Positions 38,700 through 52,593 of a DNA stretch of 64,000 bases are shown in pieces. Source of the stretch: Phoronis australis (lineage: Eukaryota; Animalia; Phoronida); assembly GCA_002633005.1 (NCBI GenBank), contig NMRA01000165.1, positions 62,518 through 126,517 on the forward strand. The letters run 5' to 3'. The position numbers were made by a program, and so were the translations under genes. Within the stretch, counting starts at the first letter, position 1. Each line of letters opens with the position of its first letter. Below the pieces are notes generated by a model. The model was given only the letters and a program-made list of their open reading frames with translations, searched no databases and had not been told where the DNA came from.

Positions 38700-41526
38700 A
38701 GGAGCATGCCACACAAAAAACAACCTAATTTGTATCAATTTAGATCGAGTAGTTCTACTCCATAACGACACGTACGGTTGCGTTACCTGACACCTGATGG
38801 CAGTCGGAGGTGTTGAAATAGGCCTTTTGCGAGTTTATAACAATAACGCGAGATTATGTGAGACTTAACTGTGACGTCACGGGAAGTGGGGCAAAAGCTT
38901 GTCGTTTGGTCATTTGCCCAATACGGTAGCAGAGTGTATTCTGTTATTGTCTTCGAGTTTTTAGCCGTTTAGTTCGAAAAATGTCCAAAAGCATTGCTGT
39001 TATGGCAAATGAACTTCAGATTCGCACTACAATACGTTCTATCGCGTTCTGTACTAATTTCGTCCCGTGTATTTTAAACGGGCGGTAGGCGAAATCCGCT
39101 CACTGATAAAGTTTTCACCTCGTCGAAAATACATTCTACACCTAAAATTAGCACCTAAAAGGCTCTTACTTTCTTCAGTGACTCTTTCTGCTTCTAAACA
39201 TATCTTCGATGAAGCATATATACGGGAATTCAGGTGACTTAGGCGAAGAATTCCAACTCCACTTTGTGGTTACTGTTAACTTTGTCCGCGCGCGCGATTA
39301 CCACAATCAAGTATTTCAGCTGAGTCAGGTGAGTATGAGGCAAAGGCTAGCGCGAGACTGAGCGAAGCGCGAGATCTGGCGCGTGACCTGGCGCGTGACA
39401 CTTGCAAAATAGCATGAGAAAATATCAAGTGAAATTTGTAAGATTTGTGTCCCTTGGACTTTTTGTTCGTCAACAGGCGTGATTTCACGTAACTTCCTCA
39501 AAATGGCGGCTCTTTAGTGAGAGAAACTCGAGAGAACCGCGAGGTTTTCATGAATATGCTCAAGTTATTTGTAGACTAAATTGTGTCCAGAGTCAGGGTA
39601 TGTGTTAATTATAACTTCATGTGCACATATGCATGTTTCATTTGATTTTATTTGCTGTATTTTGAAGTGAATATCTTTTTATGGGGATACACTATCGCCC
39701 CTGTATGCCTGCGCCATTCAGGCCTAGAGCGGGTTAAGTTCCAATTTCAGTCCGTTCACAGCTTCGCACAACATAACAAGGTCACATTTTCTTCGTCTAT
39801 TCACAGTTATTCCACGACCCATCTACCATATCTTATGTTGTTTTAACGTTTTAAGCGTAAAATTCACCATAAGAACTCCAGTAAGTTTTAGCGTGTGTAG
39901 CAAAGACTCGGGGCAAAACAAGAGCAATATGGCGGGTTTTGCCCCCTTTCAGGTGACGTCACAGTGACTAGCGAGAAACTCGCAAGTGAGCTATTATCCA
40001 ATGACGTCATCGGTTTCACATGCAGTCTGTTCAGCAGTTCACAACACGGGTTACTGGTGTCAGCTTATCGCTTGAAGTCATCGTTTAACACCAATAAATC
40101 ATCAAACTTCGATGTAAAACCCTTGAAAATACACCGAGTTCTTATAAAAACGTGTTGTTTAATTTCGCTCTTACAGATTTATTGGTATTTGGACACACCG
40201 TAACCTACAAAATTCGGCACGCCAATCGAGTCCGTAGCAGGAGTTTGGGGTCTGTTCGGAGATAATTTCGAAGTATTTTCCGTGAGATAAAGACAGGAGA
40301 ACCTAGATCTGTGTTGTTTAGACTTGTGATTTTTTGAGTTCTAAACACAAAACGCTTGAATATTATCCTGGCCAGTGGGTCGGAGCCCGATCAGGTCCGT
40401 CGCGGAAGGCCGGAGTTGACTCCGCCGTTATCCCGGCCAGTGGCTCGGAAACTGATCAGACATCACGAACATAAACCAGCCAAAGTTCAGTGGAAACTAA
40501 ACTTCCAGTCAAGAAAATACTATACTAGTGAGCCAAAGTAATGTGCACGTGATTATGTTGGTGAATTAGTCACGAAACTGCAAATCTACTTACTCGTCGG
40601 GGGCCGCGAATTCAGGCTCCGCTTTGGCTACAGCACCGCCAGGGCAGAAGTTGTACATTGACAATCATTATTTGAGTAACTTAAATGTAAATAAGGATTT
40701 CCTAACACCTGGCCGGGGGATGGAAATCAAGTTGTTTCACAAAAATTAGCATGAGCTGACACGGCCTCGGTGTCCCGTCAATTAGTTTTGTTGCACCTAA
40801 CGCCGGTAACGTGGTGATTTATTCATTGCTGGCTTCTCAAGTCATTTGCACTCACAAACACTCCAAAGGCATTACAAATTACATCTAATGAGACAGACTT
40901 TGTTTCAGTTTTATATTGGTTAGCGTGAGAATAGTTCATTTTGAAACAGAACGCTCAGTAATAAAGGCTAACACCGCAACTCGCAATACCTACTTAGGAC
41001 GAGCTAGAGGTCATCAGTCCCGACTTCGCAGGTGGATCGTTAAGTTTTACAGGCTATCAGTTCGGACAGGAATACAGTGATGAAGAAATGCTAGAAAGGC
41101 GCCGTGAACAAGCTCAGACAACGGGACGTATGGAGTTATTTGGTAAGCCAGCATTCGTCAGGCACTGTCGATGTCTGCAGGCCACAGACACGGAGATGTT
41201 TCACGGCCTCATACTTGCTATTTACAGCGTACATTTCATTCCTTACTACCATGAGCCACTTCCTAAGCATTTCGGACTCTCGAGGAAGTAAAAAAACGAT
41301 ACACCCGCTTTCTTCGCAGCTGCGTAGTTCGGACAAGCGGGAACGATGCACCGCAACATAGCGGCATTCACTCTGCATGTGAATCACTGACGTCGCTTGC
41401 GTTGTTTCTCACCTGCTTCACGCGACACCTCTTGGCAAGGTACTAGGTCGACCGTGTGCGAGGCGATGTGGATATAGACCGATTAAGAAGGCAAAAAAGA
41501 CTAATTAAATCGGGTGGCATTCTCCT
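38700..41526 (-). mobile_element. Kolobok family A element inserted in the 5' LTR of copy 1
   Basis: TTAA|AGGAGCATGCCAC...GTGGCATTCTCCT|GTAA. The empty site TACCTTAACAA is present in the other three LTRs. Confidence 0.92.
38820..39992 (+). mobile_element. ISL2EU/PIF-like non-autonomous element nested in the Kolobok
   Basis: AT target duplication, imperfect TIRs AGGCCTTTTGCGAGTTT / AAACTCGCAAGTGAGCT and a THAP-like start KHCCYGK.TSDS at ~38980-39030. It is absent from the 58441-60033 copy. Confidence 0.7.
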
Positions 41527-42233
41527 GTAACAAAAGAATACGTCTATTAATTTGCAGCGTTGTGATTTACAAACTATAGATTACATCGAGTTGTGAGACT
41601 AGCGACTGTTCGAATGAAACGATATATCGTTTCAGGTGAAAGTATTAATCTACAGTGCCACCAGTTACCCGTAGCTACCGCACACGTTAATGCAATACAA
41701 GTCGCCACTTGAACTGACCCTCTAAAACAATCACTAGACTGGTTCAAATTGACTAACAGGCTGAGACCAACTCCTGTATTAAGTGTTTATACCTTGACTC
41801 CTCTATTCGACTTCACTTAACTGGTTTTCCTCGCCTTTGCTGTTGGCTCCTCCTAGAGGTCAAGTCTGGGTCTGATTCACGGTTTTCGTCTCGGTCTAGG
41901 TCTGGTCTGGGTCTTGTTCTCGGTCTGGGTTTTGGTCTGTCTCGGTCTTTGTCTAATTCTCCTTGATAGCCAATGTCTTAAATACTGTTCTAGCCGGCAT
42001 CATATGAAGGGGCCCATCTCGTGACGGTTAAAGTCCCTGGTCAGAGTTTGCACGTGACACTTGCATAACGATTAATTAACTTGAATGGAACTTACCCAAC
42101 AAAATCAAATCAGCTGACTATTGAAACAATTCTTGCATAACACCTGTGATAATCTCTGCTACAGTCAAAGATATGATTGCAATGCACTTTTAATTTTCGG
42201 AAACCTTAATTAAATGCAGATGTCCTAGCCTTA

Positions 42234-44350
42234 TACTAGAACGCAAGTGCTACAAGTGTGCTGAAAATCGTTGACTTCCGGTCAAAGATGGCGGAAATAT
42301 TGGAAGTGGCGCATGCGCACCCCGAAATATGGCCACAAAACTTTTCCACTGTAGAGGGCGCATTTGCGAACCAATCACTTTCAAACTGGTCACAAGTTTG
42401 TTGAGTTTAATAAGCTTATTGAACCGGAAGTCACTTTCAAGATGGCGGCTGTGGCACACGTTCACACGGTTTCAATCGTTCTGCTATCGCGTTTTTAACG
42501 GGAAGAGCAAGTGACGTGAATTTTTGCATGTGGATTCCTTAAGTATGGCCTTTCAAAAAGACTCTAAGGGCGTATTTGTCAGACTTACCGTTTTCGAGTT
42601 ATTTGACTTTGAATTTCAAAAAAATCCGGCAAGTTTTCAATTTTTTGGAAAAGTTTTTCGATTTTTGCCAAACTATCACTTTAGATAGAGTTTTGAACGG
42701 GCTTCCAGAAACCATTTTCCATTTTGCGCTACACTGTCTACTTTTTGAATTATTCGAGATTTTCGGATACCGTTGTTCTTTCGGTCACCTATGCAAGCAC
42801 GCAGCTGGCTGGCTTTTTTCATTTTGTTTTGGTTAGGCTTAGTTGACCCCAACTGACCCAGCCAGCACTGTTCTAATGTAGACTGGAATTCCACGCCAAA
42901 TATTGTAAACGTAACATTGCTCTGCAGACTGTCACATAGCGCCACCTATTTTGGAATGTGGGAACAAAGCATGGCTTGTCCGTCATGTTGCGCCATCTAT
43001 TGTTCTTTATTGTAGTTGATTGTATTCTCTCTATTTGATTTCTTCGCTAGTCACATGAATGTTATCGTGTTATTCATAATTGCCGCCTTGATCGTCATGA
43101 TTGTCGTCGTCCTCCCCATCGTCGTCTTTTCGATTAATTCCGCCAAGTGTTGCTCCTCCGAGCGCTCTCGTTTTGTTTGTTCGCTCTCTACAGGTCGCAA
43201 TTTTCGTCCGATTTTCACGAAATTTGCACACGACGTGTAGATGGGGAAGTCCTGGAACGATCTTGTTTTTGGTCATGATCGGATACAAAATTGCGGACGT
43301 GGCGGCCATTTTGTATCCGATTTCACAGTCAATGTTCGTAGAGGCCGTTTTTTCCGACGTACAGAGCTGAAAATCGGTACGGTTCTACAAAAACGCATGT
43401 GCTACAAATGTGCAGAAAATTGTTGACTTCCGGTCAAATATGCCGGAAATATTGGAAGTGGCGCATGCGCACCCCGAAATATGGCCAAAACGTTTTCTCC
43501 TGTAGAAGGCGCATTTGCAAACCAATCACTTTCAAACTGGTCACGTGTTTGTTAAGTTTAGTAAGTTTTTATAAAAATTTATTGAACCGGAAGTCATATT
43601 CAAGATGGCGGCTCTGGTGCATGTTCACACGGTTTCAATCGTTCTGCTGTCGCATTTTAACGGGAAGAGCAAATGGCGTCAATTTTTGCATGTGGATTCC
43701 TTGAAGTATGCTCTTTCAAAAGTTTTGCAATAACGGTTTTCTCAGACTTATCGTTTTCGAGTTATTTGACTTTGAATTTCAAAAAAACAGCAAATTTTCA
43801 ATTTTTTCAAATTTTTTTTTTTTGGATTTTTGCCAAACTATCATTTTAAATAGAGTTTTGAACGGGCTTCCGGAAGATATTTTTCATTTTGCGCTACGAC
43901 GTCAACTTTTTGAATTATTTGAGATTTTCGGATACCGTTGTTCCTTCGGTCACCTACATGTATGCAAGCGCGCAGCTGGCTGGCTTTCAGTTCACTTTGT
44001 TTTGGTTATGCCTAGTTGACCCCAACTGATCCAGCCAGCACTGTCCTACTGTAGGCTGTAGAATTCCAGGCCAAATACTTATTGTAAACATAACTTTGCT
44101 CTGCAGACTGTCACATAGCGCCACCTATTTTGGAATGTGGGAACAAAGCATGGCTCGTCCGTCTTGTTGCGCTATCTATTGTTCTTTATTGTAGTTGACT
44201 GTATGCTCTCTATTTGATTTCTTCGCTAGTCACATGAATGTTATCGTGTTATTCATAATTGCCGCCTTGATCGGCATGATTCTCGTCGTCCACCCCATCG
44301 TCGTCTTTTCGATTAATTCCGCCAAGTGTCGCTCCTCCAAGCGCTCTCGT
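42234..44350. repeat. Tandem ~1.15-kb repeat (1.8 copies), Helentron/HINE-like
   Basis: 42240-43171 is homologous to 43390-44350 and both end GCGCTCTCGT. Contains CCGATTTTCACGAAATTTG and GGCGGCCATTTTG motifs. Confidence 0.6.
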
Positions 44351-45191
44351 ATTCAATATTACTTATTTATTGACAATAAATAATCTATTATGTTATTGCA
44401 CTAAAAATCGGAAACCATGCTATGTTGTCTTTCCAGCTGAGTACCGCCATAATGTTTACTTTTAACAAAAATCAACATTTAAAAATTAGCATTTAGAAAA
44501 TTCGACCACATGTATCAGGCACAGGTGTTTCACAGTTTATGGGCTGGAAATTACATTTAATCGGGTCTTGCTCGCACTGGACAATGCATAGCCATCATCA
44601 CTGATGAAAGCCGCTCACATTTTTGAACGAGCACCTTATCTCTGTTGTATGTTTTCTAGCTATATATGTCTACTGAATTGGCAACAATGTTGACAGTGTT
44701 GAGTGTACATTGGTTTATTGTCTTCATAATGCTTTAACGAGAACACGAGAATCTAGGTAGTTCAGTGCGCTGGTTTTTAAAATGTCATCAAACCCGTACT
44801 TTCGACAATCCAGGCTGCAACTCTGTTCATATGTCAGACTAAACAACCACCGCTGTTGAGAATGCAGTCCACTTCATTAGCTTGAGTACAAAGGGAGTGC
44901 TGAATAGGCTTATGTAAGTTGTCTGAGGGCAAAGGGAATCGGCGGTTATCAGTGTCATAGTGTTGCCCGTTGACACGACTTCCGTCTTTGGTTCTGTTAC
45001 CGAATGTTGAAGATTACCGTCGCATTATTTCTAGCACAGTCAGTATTTGTTACACACACCTCTGGGTAGTCTCCTACACAGACCCACGAGATTGGTTATC
45101 CGTGACGTCATCTTGTGAGGCCCGGGAACCAGGTTAACCTCTGGGTTAACCTGCAATAGACCATTTGAACTACCGAGAGTCGTGTAGTTCA

Positions 45192-46151
45192 ATGGCGTGC
45201 CCTTCAGTTCGTCTTCATAGCGGGTACAACATCCCAGCTGTAGGACTCGGAACGTCCCGTAATACGACCGAAGAGATTCAGAAAGCTGTTTACCTCGCAC
45301 TTCAGCTTGGATACAGACATTTGGATACGGCACACGTTTATCAAAATGGCGGTACTTTGGGCGCCGGGTTACGGACCGCTATAAGAGATGGCATTGTACA
45401 GAGAGACGAAGTGTTCATTACTGGCAAATTGTGGAATACTTTTCACAGATATAATGATGTAAAGGTTGGACTGCGGAAGGATCTTGATGAGATCGGAGTG
45501 GATTACTTCGATCTCTATCTCATACATTTCCCTATTGCGTTTGAGCGACTCGAGTCAGAAGTGGCGAGCCCCGTGGATTCTCATGGCAATGTACTGACCA
45601 CAGACGTTGAGTTCACTGAGACCTGGGCGGCCCTGGAACAATGTGTCCGCGAGGGCTTGGTACGATCCATAGGTCTATCTAACTTCAGTATTAGCCAGAT
45701 TCAGCAAGTTTTAGACATGTGTACAATTCAGCCAGCTGTGTTGCAGTGCGAGGCGCATCCGTTTCTGCAGCAGACAGAACTTGTCAATTTTTGCAAGACA
45801 CGCAAAATTGTCTTCACCGCCTACGCTCCCCTAGTCTCACCAGAGCGCATTAAGACACACGGCGTAGTCGGCCCGAGTGTATTTGACGACCCTGTACTGG
45901 CTGAATTGTCTCACAAGTACAAGAAGACAGTGGCACAGTTTGTACTCAAGTGGCTCATTCAACGTGGAATCACCGTCATACCGAAAAGTGTCACTCCGAG
46001 TAGAATTGAAGAAAATTTTAATCTGTTTGATTTTGAAATATCGAACGAAGATATGGAGCGGGTAACTCAACTTGATGCCGGATTTCGAGCTGTCAATTTT
46101 CGTAATTTTCCGTCAGTTGCAAAGCATAAATTCAACCCGTTTAATGAATGA
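45192..46151 (+). CDS. Aldo-keto reductase (AKR1-like), intronless, copy 2, 319 aa
   Basis: Same motifs as copy 1, with an ATG homologous to 26313. The 9 amino-acid differences all fall in the first ~125 codons. Confidence 0.96.
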   Translation: MACPSVRLHSGYNIPAVGLGTSRNTTEEIQKAVYLALQLGYRHLDTAHVYQNGGTLGAGLRTAIRDGIVQRDEVFITGKLWNTFHRYNDVKVGLRKDLDEIGVDYFDLYLIHFPIAFERLESEVASPVDSHGNVLTTDVEFTETWAALEQCVREGLVRSIGLSNFSISQIQQVLDMCTIQPAVLQCEAHPFLQQTELVNFCKTRKIVFTAYAPLVSPERIKTHGVVGPSVFDDPVLAELSHKYKKTVAQFVLKWLIQRGITVIPKSVTPSRIEENFNLFDFEISNEDMERVTQLDAGFRAVNFRNFPSVAKHKFNPFNE

Positions 46152-49100
46152 CTTGGTAAAAGTCAAAACTTTCGGAGCGTTCACTAGGAGAAAATGTTGC
46201 CGGCCGTTTAGCACACATACGTGTGCAACTCGCCCTGTTTAGCCTGCTAAAAACAACGAGCCTTACTCTCTTAAAATTGATCTCGCAAGCCTCAACACTG
46301 GAATGAATGAGTCGCGATGACTTGGTATCGGTATATGGGTGCTAGAGTGCAACGATCTTACATAGTGAGCGTTATCACGGCATTGTGGCATGAACCTCGC
46401 ACTTGGGCTTACGCTTTGCATTCAATGACGCATTTTTATGCACATCTCAAGGAAAAGCTAAGAAGTTTTGAGCTGTAAACGCTGGTCCATGCACCCTTGG
46501 CAATATTTTCATTGGCTCATAGTAGTCTGAAGACATGTAGCTTTAATTTATTGTCGACTACAAGAAGAACTCAGTGAACTATCTGGATGATTGTACTTGT
46601 GATTGCAATGTGCCTGAGAAATTGCTTCTACTGATTTCTATTAGCATTATGTGCAGTCTTGTCGAATGGGTTATGGTTGAAGTTGTTATTATGTAATCAC
46701 TGTTTTTGAAGGTGTTGCTATACCTTTATAGTAGTTAGGTTGTATAACCATGAGAATAGAATTGTTATTATACTTGATTGCCTTTTAGGTCGTATCTCAA
46801 GTTTCATGCACTCGTTATACATCTGAATATACTGTGGAATTGTCGATTACTAGCTCCATGATGAGGCTGATCCATTACTACAACATATGTCTATGTTAAA
46901 TAAATATTTTCTCTCTTAGGTCTACTTGTCGCAGGTTAGTGACCTGTCGCTGCGCACTGAATCAAATCACTTGCACCATGCTCGTCTTAATTAATAAGTT
47001 TACACTACTTTAGTAAACAGAACTTTTTTCATGGAGTAAATTAGATTTTAGGAACTAGATGGCCACCATTTCCAAAACAGTCCTTTGGTAGAGAACCACA
47101 TGTAGTTGAGGTAGTTGGTCTCGGCGTTCTAGGTTAAGGTTATGTTGGACCCGAGAGAAGTGTTGAACTTGGTTACTTCATATATCAGATATAGTTGTTT
47201 GCATTCATAACAAACTTTCTTATAATACTACATGCTTTACACACGTTTCCGCCCAAAACGCTCATCCACTTTTGCAAAGGGGCTATCAATGTAAGATGAA
47301 TTTTATGATTTTTTCTGAAAAACCAAAGGTTACACAATATAAAAAGAAATAATTTAGAACATTGTGACAGCGCGTACGAGATTTCATCTAGAAAATTGAG
47401 TTAAAGTGAATTTTGGTCAGCATCTCATTTTTTTACAAGAATGCACTTTTGTCTTTTCTTTTTTTTTTGCTAATTTTGAATATGATCCAATCAATGACAG
47501 ATTGGCATAAAGTAATATACAGGCTTTTTACTTCCAGAAAATATATCCTTATACTAAGTTGTGTTCGTAGCATATAGTTTTGTACATGTTCGGCTGAAAA
47601 CACAGACTTGTATAAAAGGTCTTACAAAACTTTTCCTAGGAAGAATTTGAAGTTTTAAACTAGGTGCAGGGTTAGCTAGGGCCTCAACTAAAACTGGGAG
47701 GCCCTATCTATACTCCAATATCACGACCAGTGCTGGGTACGAAACTTTCTTTTCAATGCTGTAGTCCCGAGCAAAACGTCATAATTTGGTAGCCTCCTGA
47801 TTACGGTAGAGTCGTAGCCCCGATACGGGAAGAACGAGACTTTACAGCAGTGGTCAAAAAGGGGGTCGATATGGACCGTCCTCACGCAGTCGATAAAAAC
47901 CTTGCGGGGGTCGGTGACATTTCAGGGGGTCAATGTCAAACAGAAATGGAAAGCACAAGCATTGAACCGGACCTGTAAGAGGAACATATTGATGTTTGCC
48001 GCTTGGAGTCAAGTCTTGTCGACTTCTGGACCAATTTGAATACCGCAATTTGAGTCCAGCCATTTCTGCTGGTGTTTCCCTACGTGGTGATGTGGGAGTC
48101 ACTCGATCAATATTTCATCGAAACTAACTAAACATGGAGGAGCGTGGTGACTCCAGACTGAAAACCGGCTAATCCTCAGGCAAATAACTATGCCATCTAT
48201 AGTGGCCATTAGGGGCATCCTTCTCATTGACTTATGCTTGAATTAAAGTTGTATGTGAAGTAAAATTTATTGTTCATACCGTAACTGAAACCAGGGGGTC
48301 GACAGCAGACAAAAAAAGATCATTTAGGGTTCTACAGTCAGAAAGTTTACCTACACTACACTATAAATCAAAAGGGATGCCCCAATGCTTACTACAAAAA
48401 AATCACCAGGCATAAATTATATATGGTTTTCCCTCAAATCCAAAAGTGAGGTATTTTTTTCAGCAAAAAATAATCTACTGTACATTTGTGGTATATCAAT
48501 GCGTGTTGTGGCCAACAGATGGCGCGCTCGTGGTAATAAATAAAAGAACACACGAATACCTTAACAATACAATACGTCTATTAATTTGCAGCGTTGTGAT
48601 TTACAAACAATAGATTACATCGAATTGTGAGACTGACGACTGTTCAAATGAAACGATATATCGTTACAGGTGAAAGTATTAATCTACAGTGCCACCAGTT
48701 ACCCGTAGCTGGGAGTAATATATTGGTCATAGCCCGTAGCTACCGCACACGTTAATGAAATATAAGTCGGAACATGAACTGACCCTCTAAAACAATCACT
48801 AGACTGGTTCAAATTGACTAACAGGCTGAGACCACCGCCTGTATTAAGTGTTTATACCTTGACTCTTCTATTCGACTTCACTAAACTGTTTTTCCTCGCC
48901 TTTGCTGTTGGCTCCTCCTAGACATCAGGTCTGGGTCTCATTCACGGTTTTCGTCTCGGTCTAGGTCTGGTCTGGGTCTTGTTCTCGGTCTGGGTTTTGG
49001 TCTGTCTCGGTCTTGGTCTAATTCTCCTTGATAGCCAATGTCTTAAATACTGTTCTAGCCGGCATCATATGATGGGCCCATCTCGTGACGGTTAAAGTCC

Positions 49101-49339
49101 CTGGTCAGAGTTTGCACGTGACACTTGCATAACAATTAATTAACTTGAATGGAACTTACCCAACAAAATCAAATCAGCTGACTATTGAAACAATTCTTGC
49201 ATAACACCTGTGATAATCTCTGCTACAGTCAAAGACATGATTGCAATGCACTTTTAATTTTCGGAAACCGTAATTAAATGCAGGGGTCCTAGCCTCATTA
49301 TATTACACTCCCCCCTTTTGTACGTCCGCCACCACTACA

Positions 49340-50199
49340 CAGTGGCAGATCTAGGATATCACAAGGGGGGCCCAACATTTTGTCCGGCTGTAAGCATTTA
49401 CGCAAACCACGATTGTTGATGCGCGTAGCACCCAATGGGGGGAGGTCGGGAGGGGGGCAAACCTCCCGCCCAGGAAATTTTTCTGTTTTTTCCTCTAAAA
49501 ATCAAGTATTTTCCTTTATTTCTGATGTATTATCCAAGAAAAAAGGCAAAAAAAAAAAACACGGAGAACGTGTCACACACGAAAAACTGTGAGTTCCACA
49601 GACTCGAACTCACAACCTGGCTATACCACTACACCACCACGATTTCACTAATAACTTCAAACTAAGAGACCTACTTGTTTATGATCCACAGCGTTTGCGC
49701 GCGAAACCTACTTCTTTTTGTAATGTTTATTACACGTTTTATATTTTGTGCAATCGGTTCTTAACAAATTTGTTGTATTTGAAATAGTCTTCAAATGCCC
49801 AAAAGACCAAATCCGTTTTTCGTGTTGGCAATAATGACTTGATTGCTTTGGAAATCGTCTTAAGTGACGGTTTGACAAAGAGAGAATTAATGAGTTTCTG
49901 AGTGATTCACTAAGGCTTCGATTAAAATTCACATCTTACCAGCAGCTTCTGTTTTTTCATCGTCACTCAGGTTCCATTTTCTTTAAAAAATGAAGTAAAT
50001 TTTCTTCATTGCACAGTGGAGCAGACGAGGGAAACGGAGTCGTAGTGCGCAGCGCCACTGCCGGTCGCCTGGGATATAGCGGGAGAGCCTACACTTAGCC
50101 ATAGTTCCGTTACGAATGCGCCGTGTTTTTTTTTTTGCGGCAGCCAAGGGGGGGAGGGGGGCCGGGCCCACTGCCCCTCCCCCCCTAAATCCACCTATG
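49340..50199. mobile_element. MITE with 5-bp TSD inserted into the fourth ORF of copy 2
   Basis: CTACA duplicated (49335-49339, 50200-50204) and imperfect TIRs CAGTGGCAGATCTAGG / CCTAAATCCACCTATG. The empty site is at ~31047 in copy 1. Confidence 0.85.
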
Positions 50200-50515
50200 C
50201 TACAGGCATATGCCTGGTTCTCCCTTGTATTTCTATTTCAAGCGAGAAAATGTCAACCACGTCTGCCACACATTCCCTTCGGTCATAACGGACTTGGGCA
50301 TATTGGGCGTCGCTCTACTTTGTTCAACCCCACGACTGTCTGTCGCACGACAGTCCCTTTAGAGTCTGGTTACCCCCGTATTGCACGCTCGCAAAATCTG
50401 CTAGCGACAACACAGTGGCGTCCGCCGTAGGGTCGACGCGGAAGACGATCCATTGCCCTTCCACTGTTGCATCTAACCGGACAGCTGGTAACGTTTTGTA
50501 CATCGGTTCGGGCAT
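50200..50515 (-). pseudogene. Fourth (retropepsin-like) ORF, copy 2, further disrupted
   Basis: Same VDPTADATVLS motif, acceptor and two stops as copy 1. The C-terminus is lost to the MITE and a ~460-bp deletion. Confidence 0.55.
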
Positions 50516-50781
50516 TTTTTTTCTGCAAAAGCTTCCTAAGTTCCTTTAGATATCGAAATAATTGTCAATGTTAATAACCACCACCTTTCAGCCAACCACC
50601 CAGTATACTGTAGTCTCTAGTGCGAGGGTTGGTAGAATTACCAGTAATTGTCCGAAGTCACACGGAGGTTTCTTCCAGGCCGTCTTCGGTTGCCAGATCC
50701 AAGTCAGGCTACATGCGTCGGATCAGTCGCTTCATCTCGATTGGCTTGCCATTCAGCTGAGCCGCTTTGGCGATGTGGTCG

Positions 50782-52593
50782 TCAGCACTGGGTTTCTCCC
50801 CAGCCAGTGACGTCTGTCGCCGGGGCATCGTTCGGCGCGAGCGCGTGTGCAAACGCCGGCGGTGCACCGGCAACTGGGCGCCTATCACTGGTTAACACAG
50901 GCTGATACTGTTTGAGCATGGCACGTGCAATTTTTTTACGTCTTAAGAAAACAATTAACCCCAAAGTCAAGACCAATGCTGCTATTCCTAGAGCGATATA
51001 TACCCAAAATTCATTATCAGGGGTCCATGGTTTCGGGATTTCTAAGTCACGTAAATCAGTGACTAGATAGTCTAATGGAATTAAGGGTAAATGAGCGAGG
51101 CGTGGCGGTATTTTTATCCTCACGTGTTTAGGAAAAGCGGCTATATAAGGAGACCACATTATGAAGGATTCCTTCCGGATTCTCAAAACTCGAGCAAAAC
51201 TATCTGGATGCTCGTATCTAGACTCTCTGTGAAAAGTTCCCAGGAGAGTCATAGTCGGGTGTGTGGCCTGGCACCCGTAATCAAAGTGTATCAAATTTAC
51301 CCCAGTGTGCACTGTAATCGACTTGGTGCGGCTGTGGTTGCACAAAAGGGAAAATCTTGTAATTTCAGGTATATGGTCGTTGGTAAAGCCGTGTTCGTTC
51401 TAATGAAAACGCGGCAGAACCTTTTGATAGCATCGTCAAACTTCATAAACAGAGCCACCACACAATCTTTGCTCAACTTGACCGGGCGGAACGGTTGTCG
51501 GGTCTCACAAAAACTAAGTGACGAGCATGCCTCCATATTGGCGTAATCTATTAAAGCGTAGGACATTCGTTCTGGGTTTATGGCTAACGCCTTCGCTTCC
51601 AATGAATACTTGGCTAAAATGTGAGAACGGTTGGAATAAGGGAAGGGAGCCGGCAGATTATGAATTTGAAATAATTCCATCCGTGCGTAAGTGTCAATCA
51701 ACGATATTCGAAAAGTGACCAAAATTCGTCCATTTCCCCACGCAGTATGACAAGGGAGAGATTTATAGTATTGGAACAACTCTGTGTCCGGATCAAAATG
51801 TAATTTTAAGTGGCGTGGAATATTAGTTCGTATATCCTTTAATATTCTGCGCTGGAGTGACTTGCCCCAGGGACACTATTCCTATTTGACTTTCGATGTG
51901 AGCTAAATAGCCCAAGGCTTTTTGTGCTGCCAATTCCAAGTGGTTTAAAGACAGATAAATCCTGTATTTCGTCGTTCAGCATATCAGTCACGTTATTAAG
52001 ACGCTGCTCTATTTCATGTGTTGAAAGGATTAAGTCATTCAGGGTTTCACGGTTTCTGTTTACTTCGCTTCTACTGGCTTTCATTACAGTTACCCATTTC
52101 AAGGCGTTAGTAACGATTCTTTTTTGATTCCTTACTATCATATCGATGGTTTCCCTAATACCGCTGACGTCTTCGTCAGTGGCTGTACCGAATAGCCAAT
52201 GACTGATTTTTCCTATAGATGGTAAAACACTCCGTTTGCTTCTGTCATCGCGAGATTGGGCTAAAGTGTTATAGCCATCTAACAACTGGTCTATAGCTTC
52301 TTTCGTAAATCTGATATCGTCAATTTGTTTTCTCAGTCGGGTGTAATACCCCATGAAATTAGCAAGCGAAGTTTTTCCTCACTTGAGTGTGCGCATTGTA
52401 AGCACGGGCCTTCAATGTCCTGTGAGAACTGGAGCATGAAGTTAGAAAATTCGCTGAGGTCGATGAAACTCGTCACCCACCAGTGTCCCCATGAACTATA
52501 AAATAAATTAATTTTCTCAAAAACTACCCCATTTTTGACAACAACGCATTGCACGATACCAGTCAATAATAGTACACCCGTCAAACGTTGCAT
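50782..52593 (-). pseudogene. env: F-type envelope, copy 2, frameshifted
   Basis: RSKR|SVLPSIGKISHWLFGTATDED, plus signal peptide and TM segment. Confidence 0.9.

Larger units (their letters stand above)
21036..42233. repeat. Segmental duplication unit 1 (AKR plus env-Gypsy)
   Basis: Colinear homology with 44351-60290 from ATTCAATATTACTTATTTATTGACAA to the end of the 5' LTR. Confidence 0.9.
29749..42233 (-). mobile_element. Envelope-bearing Ty3/Gypsy provirus, copy 1 (defective)
   Basis: 3' LTR 29749-30557, PPT 30558-30569, env, IN-RH-RT, gag, PBS 38593-38610, and 5' LTR 38622-~42233 (interrupted, outer end clipped). Left flank is CATT. Confidence 0.95.

Noticed and set aside
42250-44383. 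Several 60-100 aa ORFs in the tandem repeat
   Set aside because: They are not conserved in frame between the two repeat units and have no domain signal.
45165-45191. N-terminal extension of AKR copy 2 shown in the ORF track
   Set aside because: It starts at TTG. The ATG at 45192 is homologous to the copy 1 start.
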